DNA from: Tubiluchus corallicola
Taxonomy: Eukaryota > Animalia > Priapulida
NCBI GenBank assembly: GCA_030141605.1
Contig: JAQGDQ010000791.1
Coordinates: 1-64,000, forward strand
DNA: 64,000 nucleotides
Reading direction: 5' to 3'
A program made the translations under genes and the position numbers. The first letter of the stretch is position 1; each line of letters opens with the position of its first letter. The notes beneath the pieces were generated by a model. That model saw only the letters and a program-made list of their open reading frames with translations, was not told the origin of the DNA and did not search any database. Shown piece by piece: positions 38,822-52,521 of the stretch.

Positions 38822-40560
38822 TGTCAGAAGTTGATTTTTATCTGAAAATAATTCTATTTATGTACAAATTTTTGATGTGTATGCATAGTTAAATTGTTAC
38901 ATGATAATGAATTTTAATAATAAAGTAGCTGTTGATAGATAAATTTGCATTTAGCTTTTTAGAGGAAGTGACGTCACCGCCACAGACTCTTTTTTGCTGC
39001 AATACGAGTAAAATAGTTGGGTTAATTTTTTATTTATTCTTGTGGTTAAAGCTGCGAGTGAGGCAGCCACGATGAGCATCGCAAACTATCAAAGCTTTAT
39101 TTAATAAGCAACACATTTATTAAAGATCAAACACAACACGGTAAATATAAGAGGATAGTAATGCCAGCCCTCCGTCTTCAAGTCAGTTCCTCATCTCCCC
39201 CCGAGGTGCGGGCCTCAAAACACTTTTGTCTAACTACCTAATGCGCCGTGAGCTTCTGCGCATAAGGATTTCATCATCAATCTCTGTTTCCAAGTCAGCC
39301 GGTCGAACATCAGCTGATCACGTGATGCCACACCTAACTAGGCTTGTATCCACGACGATAGTTTAATCTTGCATCGTCAAGTATTTAATCTTGGATTATT
39401 AATTTAATGATTCAATCACCAATTTAATCAAAATCATTATTTAACAGACCTTTCCTTTACTATACGCACTACACGCATCTCTCGGTTTGTCGGATAAAAG
39501 CAGGGAGTCGTCGGTCTGAATTTGCCGATTGTCCGTATTTACCGATGCTTAGTCAATACAGTATGCGCCATTGTAATGTAGAATCAATCATCTAATTGTC
39601 CCAACAACGTCTAGTATGGGCGACTCCTATGTACTGATGACAGTCGACATTTGATTCAAATAACTCCGCATAATTGACTCTAAACTTTTATATACACGTG
39701 GTTACACTGATGTAAACAAAGTGACGGCCCGCCAACTAGCGGTCAGCTCGGGTGTCTGTTGTTTGCGAGACTTTTTCCGGTCCAGATGTTTTTTAATTTT
39801 TCCGATATCTGTAAAAACAATGTCTGGCAAACCAATGTATAAGTGTACGTATTATTAAAGTTTCCCCAGAAAGAGAAAATTAAAGGTCTTTAATTTAAAG
39901 ATCCACTATTTTAGTAGGATAAAGATTTCGCTTTCATTGCTTTTTCCGTCTGCATCCATTCTTTTCTACCCCTCTCTCCCTTTTGTTCCCACATTTCTTC
40001 CTCTCTCCCTCATTCCCTTCCTTTATCTCCGTCTTTACACCCCCTTTCCTAACCCCCCCTCTCTCTCTCGTCCTCTTCCCCTCTCCTTTTCCTACATTTT
40101 CTGTTTCCCTGCCTCTCTCCTTCTCTATCCCTCTTTTGATCTTTCCTTCGCTCTCTTGTCCTCCTACCCTATTTCATTATCCCCTTGTATATTTATCTCT
40201 TTATTTCTCGCTCTCCTCTCCTTTTCTTCATACTTTGTCTCTGCTCTCGTTCTCTGTCTCTCCCTGTCTCTCTCTACCTCCCACTTTCTTTTTTAGATAA
40301 GATTCTATCCACTGCTAGGTCATAAAGTACACAAAAAATCACACGAATTACAGATATATTTACAATGATTATAAAAAACAAAACTAGAATCATTAAAAAG
40401 TAAAATACTATAATTAGAATTATACAATTCTTTTATTTTACTCTTACAGTCTGTTCTCAATTATTCGTAGCTAGTAAGCCTTTTCATAGTGTCTTTGCTG
40501 TAGGTCAAAAGTTAGGTGTCCCACAGCAATGCATCTTAACTACAATCCACATGGATCCAC

Positions 40561-40894
40561 TAGAATTAAATAGAATATTGTAGAATGTTCTATAGTATAG
40601 TAGAACAATCTTCTTACCTTGTAGAAGTTTCGAGAACTTTCTATTTCTAGATTGTTCCTTTGCACTGATATATAAGACAGAGCTGGCTGCTTTATTCTCT
40701 CACATTCTCTTGTATTCTCACATTCTCAGATTCTCAGATAGGCTTTCACGTTTCCAGATTATCACATTTACTGTATACATTTCGCGTTCCTTCATACTTT
40801 TGTGTTGTAGAATTCTCGCATATAAACTAGTTTAATTTGACGAAGTGTTTTCTGGTTTTCTCTACGAGCCTTCCGAGAGAAACAAAACACAACA
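40561..40894 (+). mobile_element. Solo LTR-like element
   Basis: Homologous in opposite orientation to 59248-59592; TATATAAG box; ends in ACACAACA. Confidence 0.65.
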
Positions 40895-42529
40895 CTATTA
40901 ATGCTGGTAATGCTATTATCAGTCACTGACCTCAGCACGTGGGTAAGATGTCAGGAATAAGCATTACCCAATTAACGCCACAGATACATGTACTGATTTC
41001 AAGAACAAGAACGACTCCACCTACTGGACCAGTCAATATTCATTTGAACTAGGTCAGTCAGCAGGAGACATTACCGTGATGACAGATCAGCAGAAGACGT
41101 TACCAAGGTGACAGGTCAGCAGAGGTCCGTTGCTAGGGAAAGTTATTTATAACTATGTAACGATGAGTAAAAATAGTCTACCTAAAATTAGGAACACCAA
41201 TCTGTATATTAAGGGCTGCAGGAGTAGCAGCTGACATTCTGGATTCTGGACTTCACTCGTGTGCTTCACTACCATGTATTACTCTGTACAAGACTTCTCC
41301 TGACTGTCAAGATGTCTTATTATTATCATTTATTTTTGAGCACACCTGTACGTAAGTTGTTCAGTTAAAAGAAATTAGTAGACTAGTAGTAAAAGTAAAA
41401 ATGAATATTAAACACTGACAACAACAACAAGGATATTATCTACATAAAAGAAGACAAAAGCAATTAATTTAAAGATACTGCATATTGTAACATCTCTCTC
41501 AATTAATACGTTGATAAAAAATTAAAATTCTTGTTTTGAATACAGTTTATACAATCTTTTGCTAAGTTTATTGTCGCTAGCTGCCTGGAACTCGCATTTT
41601 TTGCAATTTTACGAGATAGTACATGAAAATTTCTAAATGCATCGTCTACGATAACATTATTTTCTATAACAATTTTATACAAGTTGAAACTGTTTACGGA
41701 GTTTGCATATGTAGAATTGTACTACGTTAAAGCTTTACGATCAGACTGATGTTACATTGGTCTTCACACAGGTCTCTTTATTCAACACTCGAGTTTAATA
41801 GTTTGGTGTTTATGTTTAATCAACAAAGACAGTTATAATTTGTTAAAATACCCCATAACAACACCTGCCTCCTTACTATCACCTGCTGCATATCTAATGT
41901 TTGAATAATATAAAAGTTACTCAGAAATCTGATTATTATTTAGGCAAATTAGCTTGATCATAAATTTTGATAAACAACTTAAAAAAATTCAACCTTTCAA
42001 GTGCCTTTGAGGCATCAACAAAACATATTTGAGCAGGTGTTCTTATTCTACTAAAGAAATCAATTCTTTTATTGATTTCTGTAATGGAAAAAAGCACACC
42101 TGTTTAAATATATTTTCTAGCTGCCTCCGAGGCATTTAGATCTCTCCCTCTCTCTTTCTTCTCTCTCTCCTCTCTTTCCCTCAACCTCTCTCCTCTTGTT
42201 TTTTCTCCCCCGCTTTCCATTGTTTATTTTTTATTTTATTTTATTTTATTTTATTTTGTCAGATTTTTATTTGTTTTTATTTGTTTATTTTAGAAACCCA
42301 CAAAAACCATTACAGTGTAGCACTTCGCAAAAGAACATGTTTATTATCTACTCAAAGTGCCAAGCTGCAAATGAGTAACGTAGGATGCTCAAGAAGTAAT
42401 ACTTTTTAGGGGCGCCCTATACGAATGTGGATTGAGAAAAAAGGAGGAGTAAAATAGTAAAAAATGTTGAAAAAGTAGAAAGAAGGATGTGAAGTAACCG
42501 TATAAAGTGATATAATCTATAAAAATTGA

Positions 42530-42538
42530 CACTTTCTT

Positions 42539-42572
<34 letters not shown>

Positions 42573-42668
42573 GTCCTCCTTTTCTTTTTCACTCTCTCTT
42601 TCTTTCTCTGTCTTTCTTTTTCTCTCTCACTCTCTCCCTTTCTGTCTCTCTTTGTCTCTCTCTCCCTC

Positions 42669-42720
<52 letters not shown>

Positions 42721-42813
42721 GTCCTCCTTTTCTTTTTACACTCTCTCTTTCTTTCTCTGTCTTTCTTTTTCTCTCTCTTTCTCTTTCTCTCTCTATTTCT
42801 TTCTTTCTCACTC

Positions 42814-42854
<41 letters not shown>

Positions 42855-42959
42855 CTCCTTTTCTTTCTCTCTCTCTCTCTCTTTCTCTGTCTGTCTTTCT
42901 CTTTCTCACTCTCTCTCTTTCTTTCACTCTCTCCCTTTCTGTCTCTCTCTCTCTTTCTC

Positions 42960-42996
<37 letters not shown>

Positions 42997-43007
42997 GTCT
43001 CTTTCTG

Positions 43008-43094
<87 letters not shown>

Positions 43095-43240
43095 GTCTCT
43101 GTCTCTGTCTCTGTCTCTTTCTGTCTCTCTCTCTCTGTCTTTCTCTCTCTTTCTCTCTGTTTGTCTCTGTCTCTCCCTTTCTCTCTCTCTTTCTCTCTCT
43201 CTCCCTCTCTCGCTTTTCCCTCTCTCTCTCTCTCGCTCTC
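42530..43240. repeat. (CT)n/(CTGT)n compound microsatellite
   Basis: Pure pyrimidine-rich simple repeats; source of the spurious ER/SL ORFs. Confidence 0.95.
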
Positions 43241-43604
43241 AGTTTGCACTTCTTGGAAATCGCCCAAAGTAGAACAACTTAGAAAAAAATTAAGGGCAGT
43301 TTTCTTCTGTCCCCCTTCCTCCTATGAAACTTCCTCCCGTACGCCTATGGAACCAAATTACCTCAAATCTAATTCTTATATTATATTCTTGTCGCACGAT
43401 TGTCTAGTAGTAGGCCTCTGTCAATTATATTTTGCAAAGACAAGTTTCAGTGTTTTTATATTTTGTTATACGTAGGCCTATTATTTTGTATAATTTATGC
43501 AAAATAACAATTATGCACTTCCTTTGAGACTTTATCTTCCTCGTGTTTTGATTTTAACGACAAAATAGAAATGTATAACAAATGTGTTAAAAATAGTTTG
43601 GCAT

Positions 43605-43865
43605 ATCTCACGGTGTCTTTTTATGTGGTTGCTCCCCCTAAATTTAGAACCTGGCTACGCCCCTGTCACAGTGTCTTTTTATGTGCTTCCTCCCCGTAAC
43701 TTTAGAACTTGGCTACGCCCCTGTCACGGTGTTTTTTTATGTGCTTGCTCCCCCTAACTTTAGAACCTGGCTACGCCCCTGTCACGGTGTTTTTTTATGT
43801 GCTTGCTCCCACTAACTTCAGAACCTAGCTACGCCCCTGTCAGGGTGTCTTTTGCTACGCCCCTA
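43605..43865. repeat. About 58-bp tandem array made of a family E MITE right terminus
   Basis: 4-5 copies of TCACGGTGTYTTTTTATGTGCTTGCTCCCCCTAACTTTAGAACCTGGCTACGCCCCTG. Confidence 0.85.
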
Positions 43866-44798
43866 CTGTTCAATCTATTCATCTTGTACGTTGATGTATA
43901 TAGCTGTCGCTGGAGTGAAATCAATTGATTTATTGATTGATTTCATTTATTGATTAATCGATTGATTAATTGATTGAATTATAAAATAATGTAAATGTGC
44001 ATTGTTAATTAAACACCAGAAAGACGTATAATGGTTGCATGACAAGCCATTAGTGAACAGTTTGCATTTCACTGAACATTTATATCAATATTGATGGTGT
44101 CACACAAATGAATGTGCAGCTGTGAGAAGCTTGAAAAAATACTCCGCAATCAGTGATGATGTATTCCATTACATGTTTAACACTGTGTGTTGTAGCTTTG
44201 ACTAATGGATTAACAGTATTACGAGAAAGTAAGTTGTGTTCTAATATAATAGATATAGTAAGTAGATAATAATAGAATAGAAAGTAATAATAGTTTATAA
44301 TAGAAAGTAAGTAGCTATAAGCAGGTATAATTATAGTTGTATTCTTGTGGTTAATGGTGGGATGTCACACTGCCTGGTTGTAGCTTTGATTAATGGATTA
44401 TGTTCTATGTCCTATAATTAACAGCATTACAAGAAAGTAAGTTATTGTATAGTAATTATAAATGTAGTAATTCTAGCCTCTCTGTGGAAACGACTTGTAG
44501 AAAATTGCTGAAACCTACCAGGAAGTTGCCTGATGGATACGAGGCGGAGGGGGAAAACGTTTGTAAGAGATGACCTTCTCTGCTTGTGAGAGACCACTAC
44601 TTCATGATGCCCAAAGTGAAAAAATTCATGTTTGAGTAGCTTTATTACGTTTTATCTGTAAAAAAAATCATAACAAAATATGACAAACTAATTTGAGCCA
44701 AAAAAGAAACAAAGAAATTAATGATAAAGTGAGACTGAATAAACTTACATCATGGCTCTACTACTCTTGACAAGTAAATGGTTCAACTGAGACAAAAC

Positions 44799-44870
<72 letters not shown>

Positions 44871-45086
44871 CCACCAACAACAACAACAACAACCTTATTA
44901 ATCAAGAACAGACTGCCAACAGACCAGGTAAACCATCTCTGTCAGTAGAGCATGACAAAAAGAAGCCAAGTCAAGACATACATACATGAATGCAGCTAAA
45001 AAGGGCAGTAAAGGTAGTTTACAGAATGAGAGAACACTGAAGTAATAAAATAACCTAAATTCCTTCACATTGCTCATTCATTTTAG

Positions 45087-45194
45087 GAAACAATGTAGTT
45101 GCTAAAACGATGGGAAAACGATTATCAGTTCTTGGAGAATGCCTTAAGATATTAAAATGGCAGTCTGTTGGAATTATTGTGCTGAATCACACAG
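45087..45194 (+). CDS. Ionotropic receptor (IR/iGluR-like) exon a (N-terminal domain)
   Basis: AG/GT, 108 nt, phase 1-1; NNVVAKTMGKRLSVLGECLKILKWQSVGIIVLNHT with an ATD-like W..V.II motif. Confidence 0.6.
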
Positions 45195-46507
45195 GTAACA
45201 TATTGTTGATTCCTATCTACCATTCTAGTTCATGACCACTCAAAGGACGGGGCTTCAGCAAAAGACACAGACAACGACGGCGATGATGATAGATGTTGAT
45301 GACGATGATGATGAAAATGATGATGACGATGACGACGACGATGATGATGATAATGATGATGAAAATGATGATGATGACGACGACGACGACGATGATGATG
45401 ATGATGATGATTGTTATTCTGTGCATTTAAGCACTGCAAGGTTCTACTAGCATTGGAGGGAAGCATCATTACCAAAGAAGATAAAGATATATACCTTGTT
45501 ACCTTTTTGTTATATCTATAATTTTTAAAAAATGGTCTATAAATACAGTATTATTTACTTTTTCTTGCTTATATGCTTACTTACCTACTTGCTTACTTGC
45601 TTATTTACAACAATGTATGCAGATAAACTTCATAACAGCATAACACACTTCAGAGAGTTCAGTGCAGAGTGAACGAGCCAAGGAGAAATTGACAAGCTGT
45701 GGATTATGTCAGTTACTGAAAAAACATGCCTTAATAAATATTACTCAGTAAGCCTTTCCATAGATGTAACGATTGATGATGATCGTGAGGAAGCCGAAAG
45801 TTAGGTGTACCAGACAATGATTCTGACAACTCCTCGCAGCCCATGCTATTGTAATAGTAACAGTTTTAACAGGTAGCTAGAACTTTACCTAGTTCATTTT
45901 TCTTGTTCCCAAACAAGATCCTGCTACTAAATCACTCTACGCACAGGCTAATGCATAATTAAGTAAAATCCACGTAAAACAACTAAAGTTACTGAACTGA
46001 TGCTGCAGACGGCTGTGCTTTACTCACATGTCACGCTTGTCGTTAAGATGCATTAATGTGGCACACTTAAACTTTGAGTGTTCTCGCGAAACAATTAAAA
46101 TTATTGAACTGATGCAGGATATGGCTTTGCTTTACGTGACGACTCTAGTTCAAACGCGTTGCTGTGGCACACTTAACCTTTCACCTACGGCAAGTGCACG
46201 TTCACACAACGAAACTGCGAAAGGACTTATAGGTAGAATATTAAAAGTGTAATCAATAATCATTAATCAGTAATCTTTAATATAATCAATAAATAGCAAG
46301 AAACAAAAACTAAAACAAAAGCTATCGATTAACACAAATGAAATATACATACATATCATTAATTAATATCATAGCTAGCTATAGTTAGTCGCCAATGTAC
46401 TAAAATTTTTCATTAATGATAGTAAAAGATATCTGCAGGCTCATGAATAGTAAAAAAAATCCATTTATTCCACACAATTACAATGCATAATTTTCCTTTT
46501 GTTGTAG

Positions 46508-46689
46508 GTAAAGCTAATTATCTGGAGGATTTCACATATTATATTTTCCAACATCTCAACATCATGGCTATAACATTGATAAACGATAACCATGAGGCAA
46601 CATGGGAACTCTTCATTTCTAAAAAGCAAAAAATTAACAACTTTGTGGTCTTTGGAGACTCACTGAAGTCCTCCAGTCTTGTGGAATTG
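46508..46689 (+). CDS. IR exon b
   Basis: AG/GTAAGT, 182 nt, phase 1-0, open: GKANYLEDF...NNFVVFGDSLKSSSLVEL. Confidence 0.7.
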
Positions 46690-46832
46690 GTAAGTTTTTC
46701 TTTTCAACGTGTTTAAAGATTTTGTAAATTGTTTCTACATGGAGTGTTAAAATGGTGCACAGCTAGAGCATCTCATAAATTTGAACTCCAGTTAGCTCCA
46801 GTTTAGGTCCAGTAAAGTATTAGACATCTTAA

Positions 46833-47251
46833 CCTAGTCACTGGGGGGGGGGGAGCCATCCCAAATCAGTGCCGGTCCCAAGCCCAGATAAACAGGGAGG
46901 GTTAGGGTCAGGAAGGGCATCCGCCTGTAGAGGGCTGTAAGCAGCTTCTCAAAAGAAGACCGAAGAGAAGAAAATGGGTGTGGTGGAGATGAGGATGTTG
47001 AGATGGATGGTGGAAATAACAGGAAGAGATAAAATTAGAAATAATAATATCAGAGGAACAGTAAAAGTAGTGGAAGCCTCGCAAGATTGCGATGGTATGG
47101 ACACCTGAAAAGAAGAGTCGGTGAAGATCATGTGGGAAGGGAAGTCATAAATGAAGAGATGGTCAACAACAGGAATGCGTGGAGAAGACTCATTCACAAC
47201 GGCGACCCCGCATAGGGAAAAGCTGGGAAGAAGAAGAAGAAGAAGAAGAAG
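46833..47251 (+). mobile_element. Non-autonomous bipartite RTE element (5' UTR plus 3' end) with (GAA)n tail
   Basis: 19-bp TSD AAAGTATTAGACATCTTAA at 46814-46832 and 47252-47270; RTE-type CCGGTCCCAAGCCC..GGAAGGGCATCCG; EMRMLRWM...RDKIRN RTE C-terminus. Confidence 0.88.
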
Positions 47252-47426
47252 AAAGTATTAGACATCTTAAGACGTTATAATCTTAAGATCTGCACCTTTT
47301 CATAATTATTAAATAAATAATGAAGTAATAAGAAACAATGATGGCAGAATATATTGGCTCATTCGTTCACAAGTAGCAAGAGTTACATAATGGTTTTGAT
47401 GTGTTGTATTTGTACATTTTTTGCAG

Positions 47427-47564
47427 GCAATGTCTTCCAGTCGATTTGATTTCGTCAATCGATGGATATTTGTTTTAGAAGATAAACCTCAAGCATTTGT
47501 CTACGTCATTCCAGCATTTGCGCATGCGCTCATTATTAGTCCACCACATTCTTCAGTTAATAAG
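47427..47564 (+). CDS. IR exon c
   Basis: TTGCAG/GT, 138 nt, phase 0-0; AMSSSRFDFVNRWIFVLEDKPQAFVYVIPAFAHALIISPPHSSVNK. Confidence 0.7.
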
Positions 47565-47769
47565 GTTGGTACATATTAAGGCGTGTTCAGACTAGAGAGC
47601 TTTTAGCTAGAGTCCTGTGTTGAAAAGGAAATCTTGTGCATTACATGGCTCTTAGTATACATATAATATTATATATACATATTATATTTATCAGAGACAA
47701 TTGGATTCAATGTCTTATTCAGCTTTAACTTCATATTGCGATACATAAATATTGTTTCTGACTTTTTAG

Positions 47770-47868
47770 AGTAAAGATGTTAACCTTTACACCATAAAGA
47801 CGGTGTCAGCATCTGGGACCCCACCTGGAATCAGAAATACTCTTCAGAAATTGATGAAACCCATTAAG
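47770..47868 (+). CDS. IR exon d
   Basis: TTTTTAG / AAG|GTGTGA, 99 nt, phase 0-0; SKDVNLYTIKTVSASGTPPGIRNTLQKLMKPIK. Confidence 0.65.
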
Positions 47869-48057
47869 GTGTGAGCGAGTTAACTTTACTGAGACGAGCT
47901 TAGATTTTGTCATTTTTTCAGACTTCACATTTTAATTTTTGGTATCACAGTAAAATCTCGTGTAATTTACTCAAACTAGCCTAGCAACAGCGCTGCAAAG
48001 GACCGATTAGCTTTGCAAGATCTCCAGATGCTTTATCAATTTCTATCTCTTTTCTAG

Positions 48058-48150
48058 GAAAAACGTCTCTTGAAGGAAGAATATTTTTTCCCAATGACAA
48101 AATACAAATTAAATGGAAGAAAACTTAAAATTGGAGCAATGATCAATTAC
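48058..48150 (+). CDS. IR exon e (start of the S1 ligand-binding lobe)
   Basis: 93 nt, phase 0-0; EYFFPMTKYKLNGRKLKIGAMINY matches the IR FP....LNGR.L.V motif. Confidence 0.82.
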
Positions 48151-49671
48151 GTATGTTAAACCGTTTTAAAAACGTAATTTTTTTGGTAATTGAATTGGTG
48201 CAACAAATTTCCAACTGTTAGCAGATGATTATTGCAAGAAACAATTCATATGTCGTGAGTGCTTACTTCTCTCGTCATTGTCATCATCATTGCCATCTTC
48301 TTCATGCTCCTTACTATCACCATCGTTGTCGTAACCATCATCATCAATCTCTGCAACGTCATCATTATCACATCACAAACGAATCAACCATGGACTGGCG
48401 TGTATCTGAACTGCTTGGCTTCTCTGAAGGAGTTAAAATGTTGCTATTGTTACTGCAACTGAATATCCATCTAATCATATCCATCTGTAACTCCACCAAT
48501 TGTATTGTTTTTGTTACACACTTACTTGGAAAATTCCCAGAAGTTTTCTGGTTAGAGGGAATTTTCAATGGTAGAGAGTTTGTGTTTAACGTTTTTTACT
48601 TTGTAATTATGGACTAAATAACTTAGTAGAATTTTTGTTTTTCTGCAGTGGAGTTGGAAGCTTTAGCCTGCCTTAGAATTTATTTTCTCAATAAGTTCTT
48701 TGTTGATTTTGCCTTTTCTTGTTGTTATAGATATCCCGTTCAGCGGTGGGTGTAGTAGGCATATTTAGAATTTGCGAGAGGGCCACGGCGTCCCGCAACG
48801 GACGTTTTCCCGGACTCAACTCGCGATTTTTTCGAAATTTTGATCAAACAGCATGCGGCAAAAACGTTCTAGCGGCGCCTGGTGGGACTCTCAAAAGGAG
48901 ATAAACTTTAGAAGGAGCAAGAACAGGGCTACACGATGATGTGGGCTATATTTTGGGACACGTCCACTGAGAGGGGTCGCGAGGAGTTAATTAGATGTTC
49001 TATTTTTGGCAATTTTCGCTTAGAAAACTGCTGATGCAAAGCCATTGTTGTGACGTCATCCATTAGACTCTGTCTATAACCTTATAGCTTTAGTTCAGTA
49101 AAAGCTGCTACTGGCTTTGCATTATAAATGAGGACTAGGTAGGATGTTTGTGTATTTTTGATTATACGTGTATTTATATGCAAAATTTTTTGCGGGGCCT
49201 TTGCTAGTCTATATTATTACAGCAGCTGATCATACTAAGAATCGCTATTAAGCTTTAAGACTTGATACATACTTCACATAAAAGAGTGCATTCATAAATA
49301 AGAGCACTTGGCATATTTACGCAATACCATAATTATAATGACCATGTTCATAACTTTATATGCTGTTTCAAAATGACTATAATTCCATAAAATGTTATTA
49401 ATTCATTACTAAACATATATCATATTATTGTATCCATGTTCCCATCTTTTTCATCTTTGTCACTATTATCGTCATTCAATCTCTCTGACGTCATCATCAA
49501 CTCGTCATAAATGAATCAAGCATGAACTGACGTAATTAGACCCTTTCCTGTGACAGGAGAGTTTTCAACTCTTTGCAATGTATAGGCTAATACTTGTAAA
49601 TTAAATACATTGTATATATTTAATTAAATTAAATGTACATAAATTCGTTACACTTTAGTCTATATTTTTAG

Positions 49672-49772
49672 TCTGCACCATATCTTGTTCCTGGAAATTC
49701 GGAAGCTGGCATGAATCATTCTGGATTGATCATCAATATTCTCAACAGTTTGGCAGACATGTTTAATTTCAC
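49672..49772 (+). CDS. IR exon f (S1)
   Basis: 101 nt, phase 0-2; SAPYLVPG...SGLIINILNSLADMFNFT matches PF...G..IDIL..LA..LNFT. Confidence 0.85.
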
Positions 49773-49793
49773 GTATGTATATTTTCTCTCTTC

Positions 49794-49867
<74 letters not shown>

Positions 49868-50913
49868 TCCTCTCTCTCGCTCTCTAATTATTTGATTATT
49901 AAGGCCTCCGTTCTTGTACGACACGTGATATTAGTGCTCCAAATTTTCATCGTTTTCAGCTAGTCGAAACGTTTGGCGGGATTTTAACTTTTTAATGTAA
50001 AAGTTTTTATAAAGTTGCGTTATTTTTAATTATTCATACTTATCTTGTTTCAATAAGCTTGTGATTCTTGGTACTGTACGTGCCTTGAAATTGAACATTG
50101 ACAGTATACATATTCGAAATGATTGTTAGTAAGACGATGTATGCCTACTCAGGGGCGTGGCAACACTTAACGACCCCCTGGGCTGACAGTTCCGCCCCGC
50201 ATAGCTCTATTATGAATTCATGGTTGCTAACGTAATTGAGCGGATTAAACAATTACTTGTGGTGTAGTAGAAACACTACGTAGTTTCCATGTGGTCCTTT
50301 TTAATTACATGTATTTGCATAGCACTTATATTCCAGCAGGCTGCACAACTGCTTGTTGCGTGATACCTTGCACCTGTTCATTATGTTGCACTTATATAAA
50401 AGCTACTTTCACTAACTGCCTGTGGTGTGTTATAGAATGCGCCCTTTACATGAATATGAACGTATACACAAATTCTGAGGAGAATAAGAATTTTTTCTAA
50501 AATGTGACACCCCTCAAACTATAGCTTAGTTAGCATATTAGTTAATGCTCCACTGGGCCTACTTGCATAGAAATTTATTTTTTGCTTCGAGAACTCTTTT
50601 CAGGTTCTATAGATGTGTATTTCTGGAATGATTAGACTGAGACTTGTTCAGTAATTTTTATCTAATCGCAGAACCTCAAAATTCGGTTAGTGTAGCTAGA
50701 AAGAAATTGTGAATTAAATTTAATTAAAGTGAATTGAATTGAATTTAGTTTTACTTGCAAGATGTACATTTCATTACTAGCTGGAAAAAACCACAAACGC
50801 AAAAACATTTTGACAAAATTTAAGGATGATTATTGCACTGGAACATGTGTTAAAGGTTAAACAATGATATAAGTCACTTTAACTTCACATTTAGGATACA
50901 ACGTAAATATGTA

Positions 50914-51639
50914 CAGTCAACCTCGGGTATAAGGTACTCGCTTATAAGGTACTCGATATATAAGGTACTCGCTTATAAGATACTCGCTTATAAGGTACTT
51001 GCTTATAAGATGCTTGCTTATAAGGAGCACTCGCTTATAAGATACTCGCTTATAAGATACTCGCTTATAAGGTACTTGCTTATAAGGTACTTGCTTATAA
51101 GATACTCGCTTATAAGGTACTTGCTTATAAGATACTCGCTTATAAGATACTCGCTTATAAGATACTCGCTTATAAGATACTCGCTTATAAGGTACTTGCT
51201 TATAAGATACTCGCTTATAAGGGACCACCAACACTGGTCCCGATTTTCATAACGTTTTTCCTCTGTAAAAATTTCCGAATATAAGGTACTCGGATATAAG
51301 GGACTTTTGGTTATAAGGGACGATATCTTCAAGTCCCGCGTAACAGAAACCCAGGTAAATTACCTCGCATATAAGGACCCTAAGATCAAAGCGAAATTGA
51401 TCGATTTTTAATCTCAATTTTTCACGAACTCGGACTTCGAACAGCTCGGTTTCCGGATTCACATAATCTCACATCACTGAAGGAGCTTCCTACATACCGT
51501 TTGCACTGAATGTGTAGCAATAATCCATAAAAATATGGGTAAAAGTACACCCTCGGTCTGACTCAACGGCTATAAGCGACATCGGATATAAGGGACCAAT
51601 TTTTTCCGGTCCGGAGGCGTCCCAGGTGTATTTTAACTG
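50914..51639. mobile_element. MITE family B copy with an expanded 15-bp internal array
   Basis: TA|CAGTCAACCTCGGG ... TAACTG|TA; about 19 copies of TACTYGCTTATAAGR at 50925-51222; body nearly identical to 5350-5760. Confidence 0.88.
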
Positions 51640-51800
51640 TAAACAAATCACATTTTACCAAATATTAAACTTCTAATCAAGGTATGAGAACCATTTCCGA
51701 CACTTGTAAACCAAGTACGGATAATTCTAGAGAAAAACAAGTTGATTTTTTGTGCATCTGTGCAGAATCTGTCACATTCTCATTCATGCATGTTCATCCT

Positions 51801-52300
51801 TAGTGGCGGCTGGTTATTAAAATGGGGGGGGGGGTGCTATTTCAGAAAAATTTTAGCCATTGTTTCAATTCTGCGTAAAACGACGCAAACGTAATAATTA
51901 TCATGTAATTTTAAACAAATAAACGCACGAAATTTTATACATAAATTTGATAAAACATAAACAAAAAAGTATGTTTGCCTTTACTTATGCCTAACTTGTC
52001 GCAGTTCAAGCTTGATCCATACATGGTAAACACGTGACAACTGGCAACAAACTGTGTGAGCGACAGAACTTTCTCTACCTGGGCTCAGACATGTGCACAT
52101 GGCCGCATGCGCACGAACAGCCAAACGCACCACTGTGTTGGGCTGTGAAGCAAACAGTACGACCCTTACGTACTCTGGTTCCGCACAAGTATAAGGAAAG
52201 ATCTAAAGAAAAAATCTTATTATATTGAATATTATCGATAATATTGCGTGAAAATAGGGGGTGTTGCAGTTCCATAGTACTTACACACGAGCTGCCGCTG
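51801..52300. mobile_element. hAT MITE family D copy
   Basis: TAGTGGCGGCT ... GAGCTGCCGCTG; homologous to 19734-20220; no clear TSD. Confidence 0.8.
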
Positions 52301-52521
52301 TCAAAATTTAAAAACAATTTGTTTGCAGCCAGTGAAAAGAGGTTCGTCTAAATGTAGTACGTAAGCAATTTTTGACTATTGAAATCTTGAATTTTGAAAT
52401 TTTATAACAGAATTATTTGCTATGATAACAATCAGGTTTTGCCTTGAAAATGTACAATTCATTTGCCCCGCGAAGGCAATAGCCCTCCCTCCTCCCCACC
52501 CAGCGCCTCTTACGCCTCCGT

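Noticed and set aside
42389-43475. Long ER-rich and SL-rich ORFs (also 53627-53875, 55146-55988, 39937-40300, 61495-62016, 45217-45475)
   Set aside because: Microsatellite translations of (CT)n, (GA)n, (TG)n and (GAT)n.
44478-44562. Possible additional upstream IR exon
   Set aside because: The phase-1 donor would create TGA at the junction with the exon at 45087; not supported.
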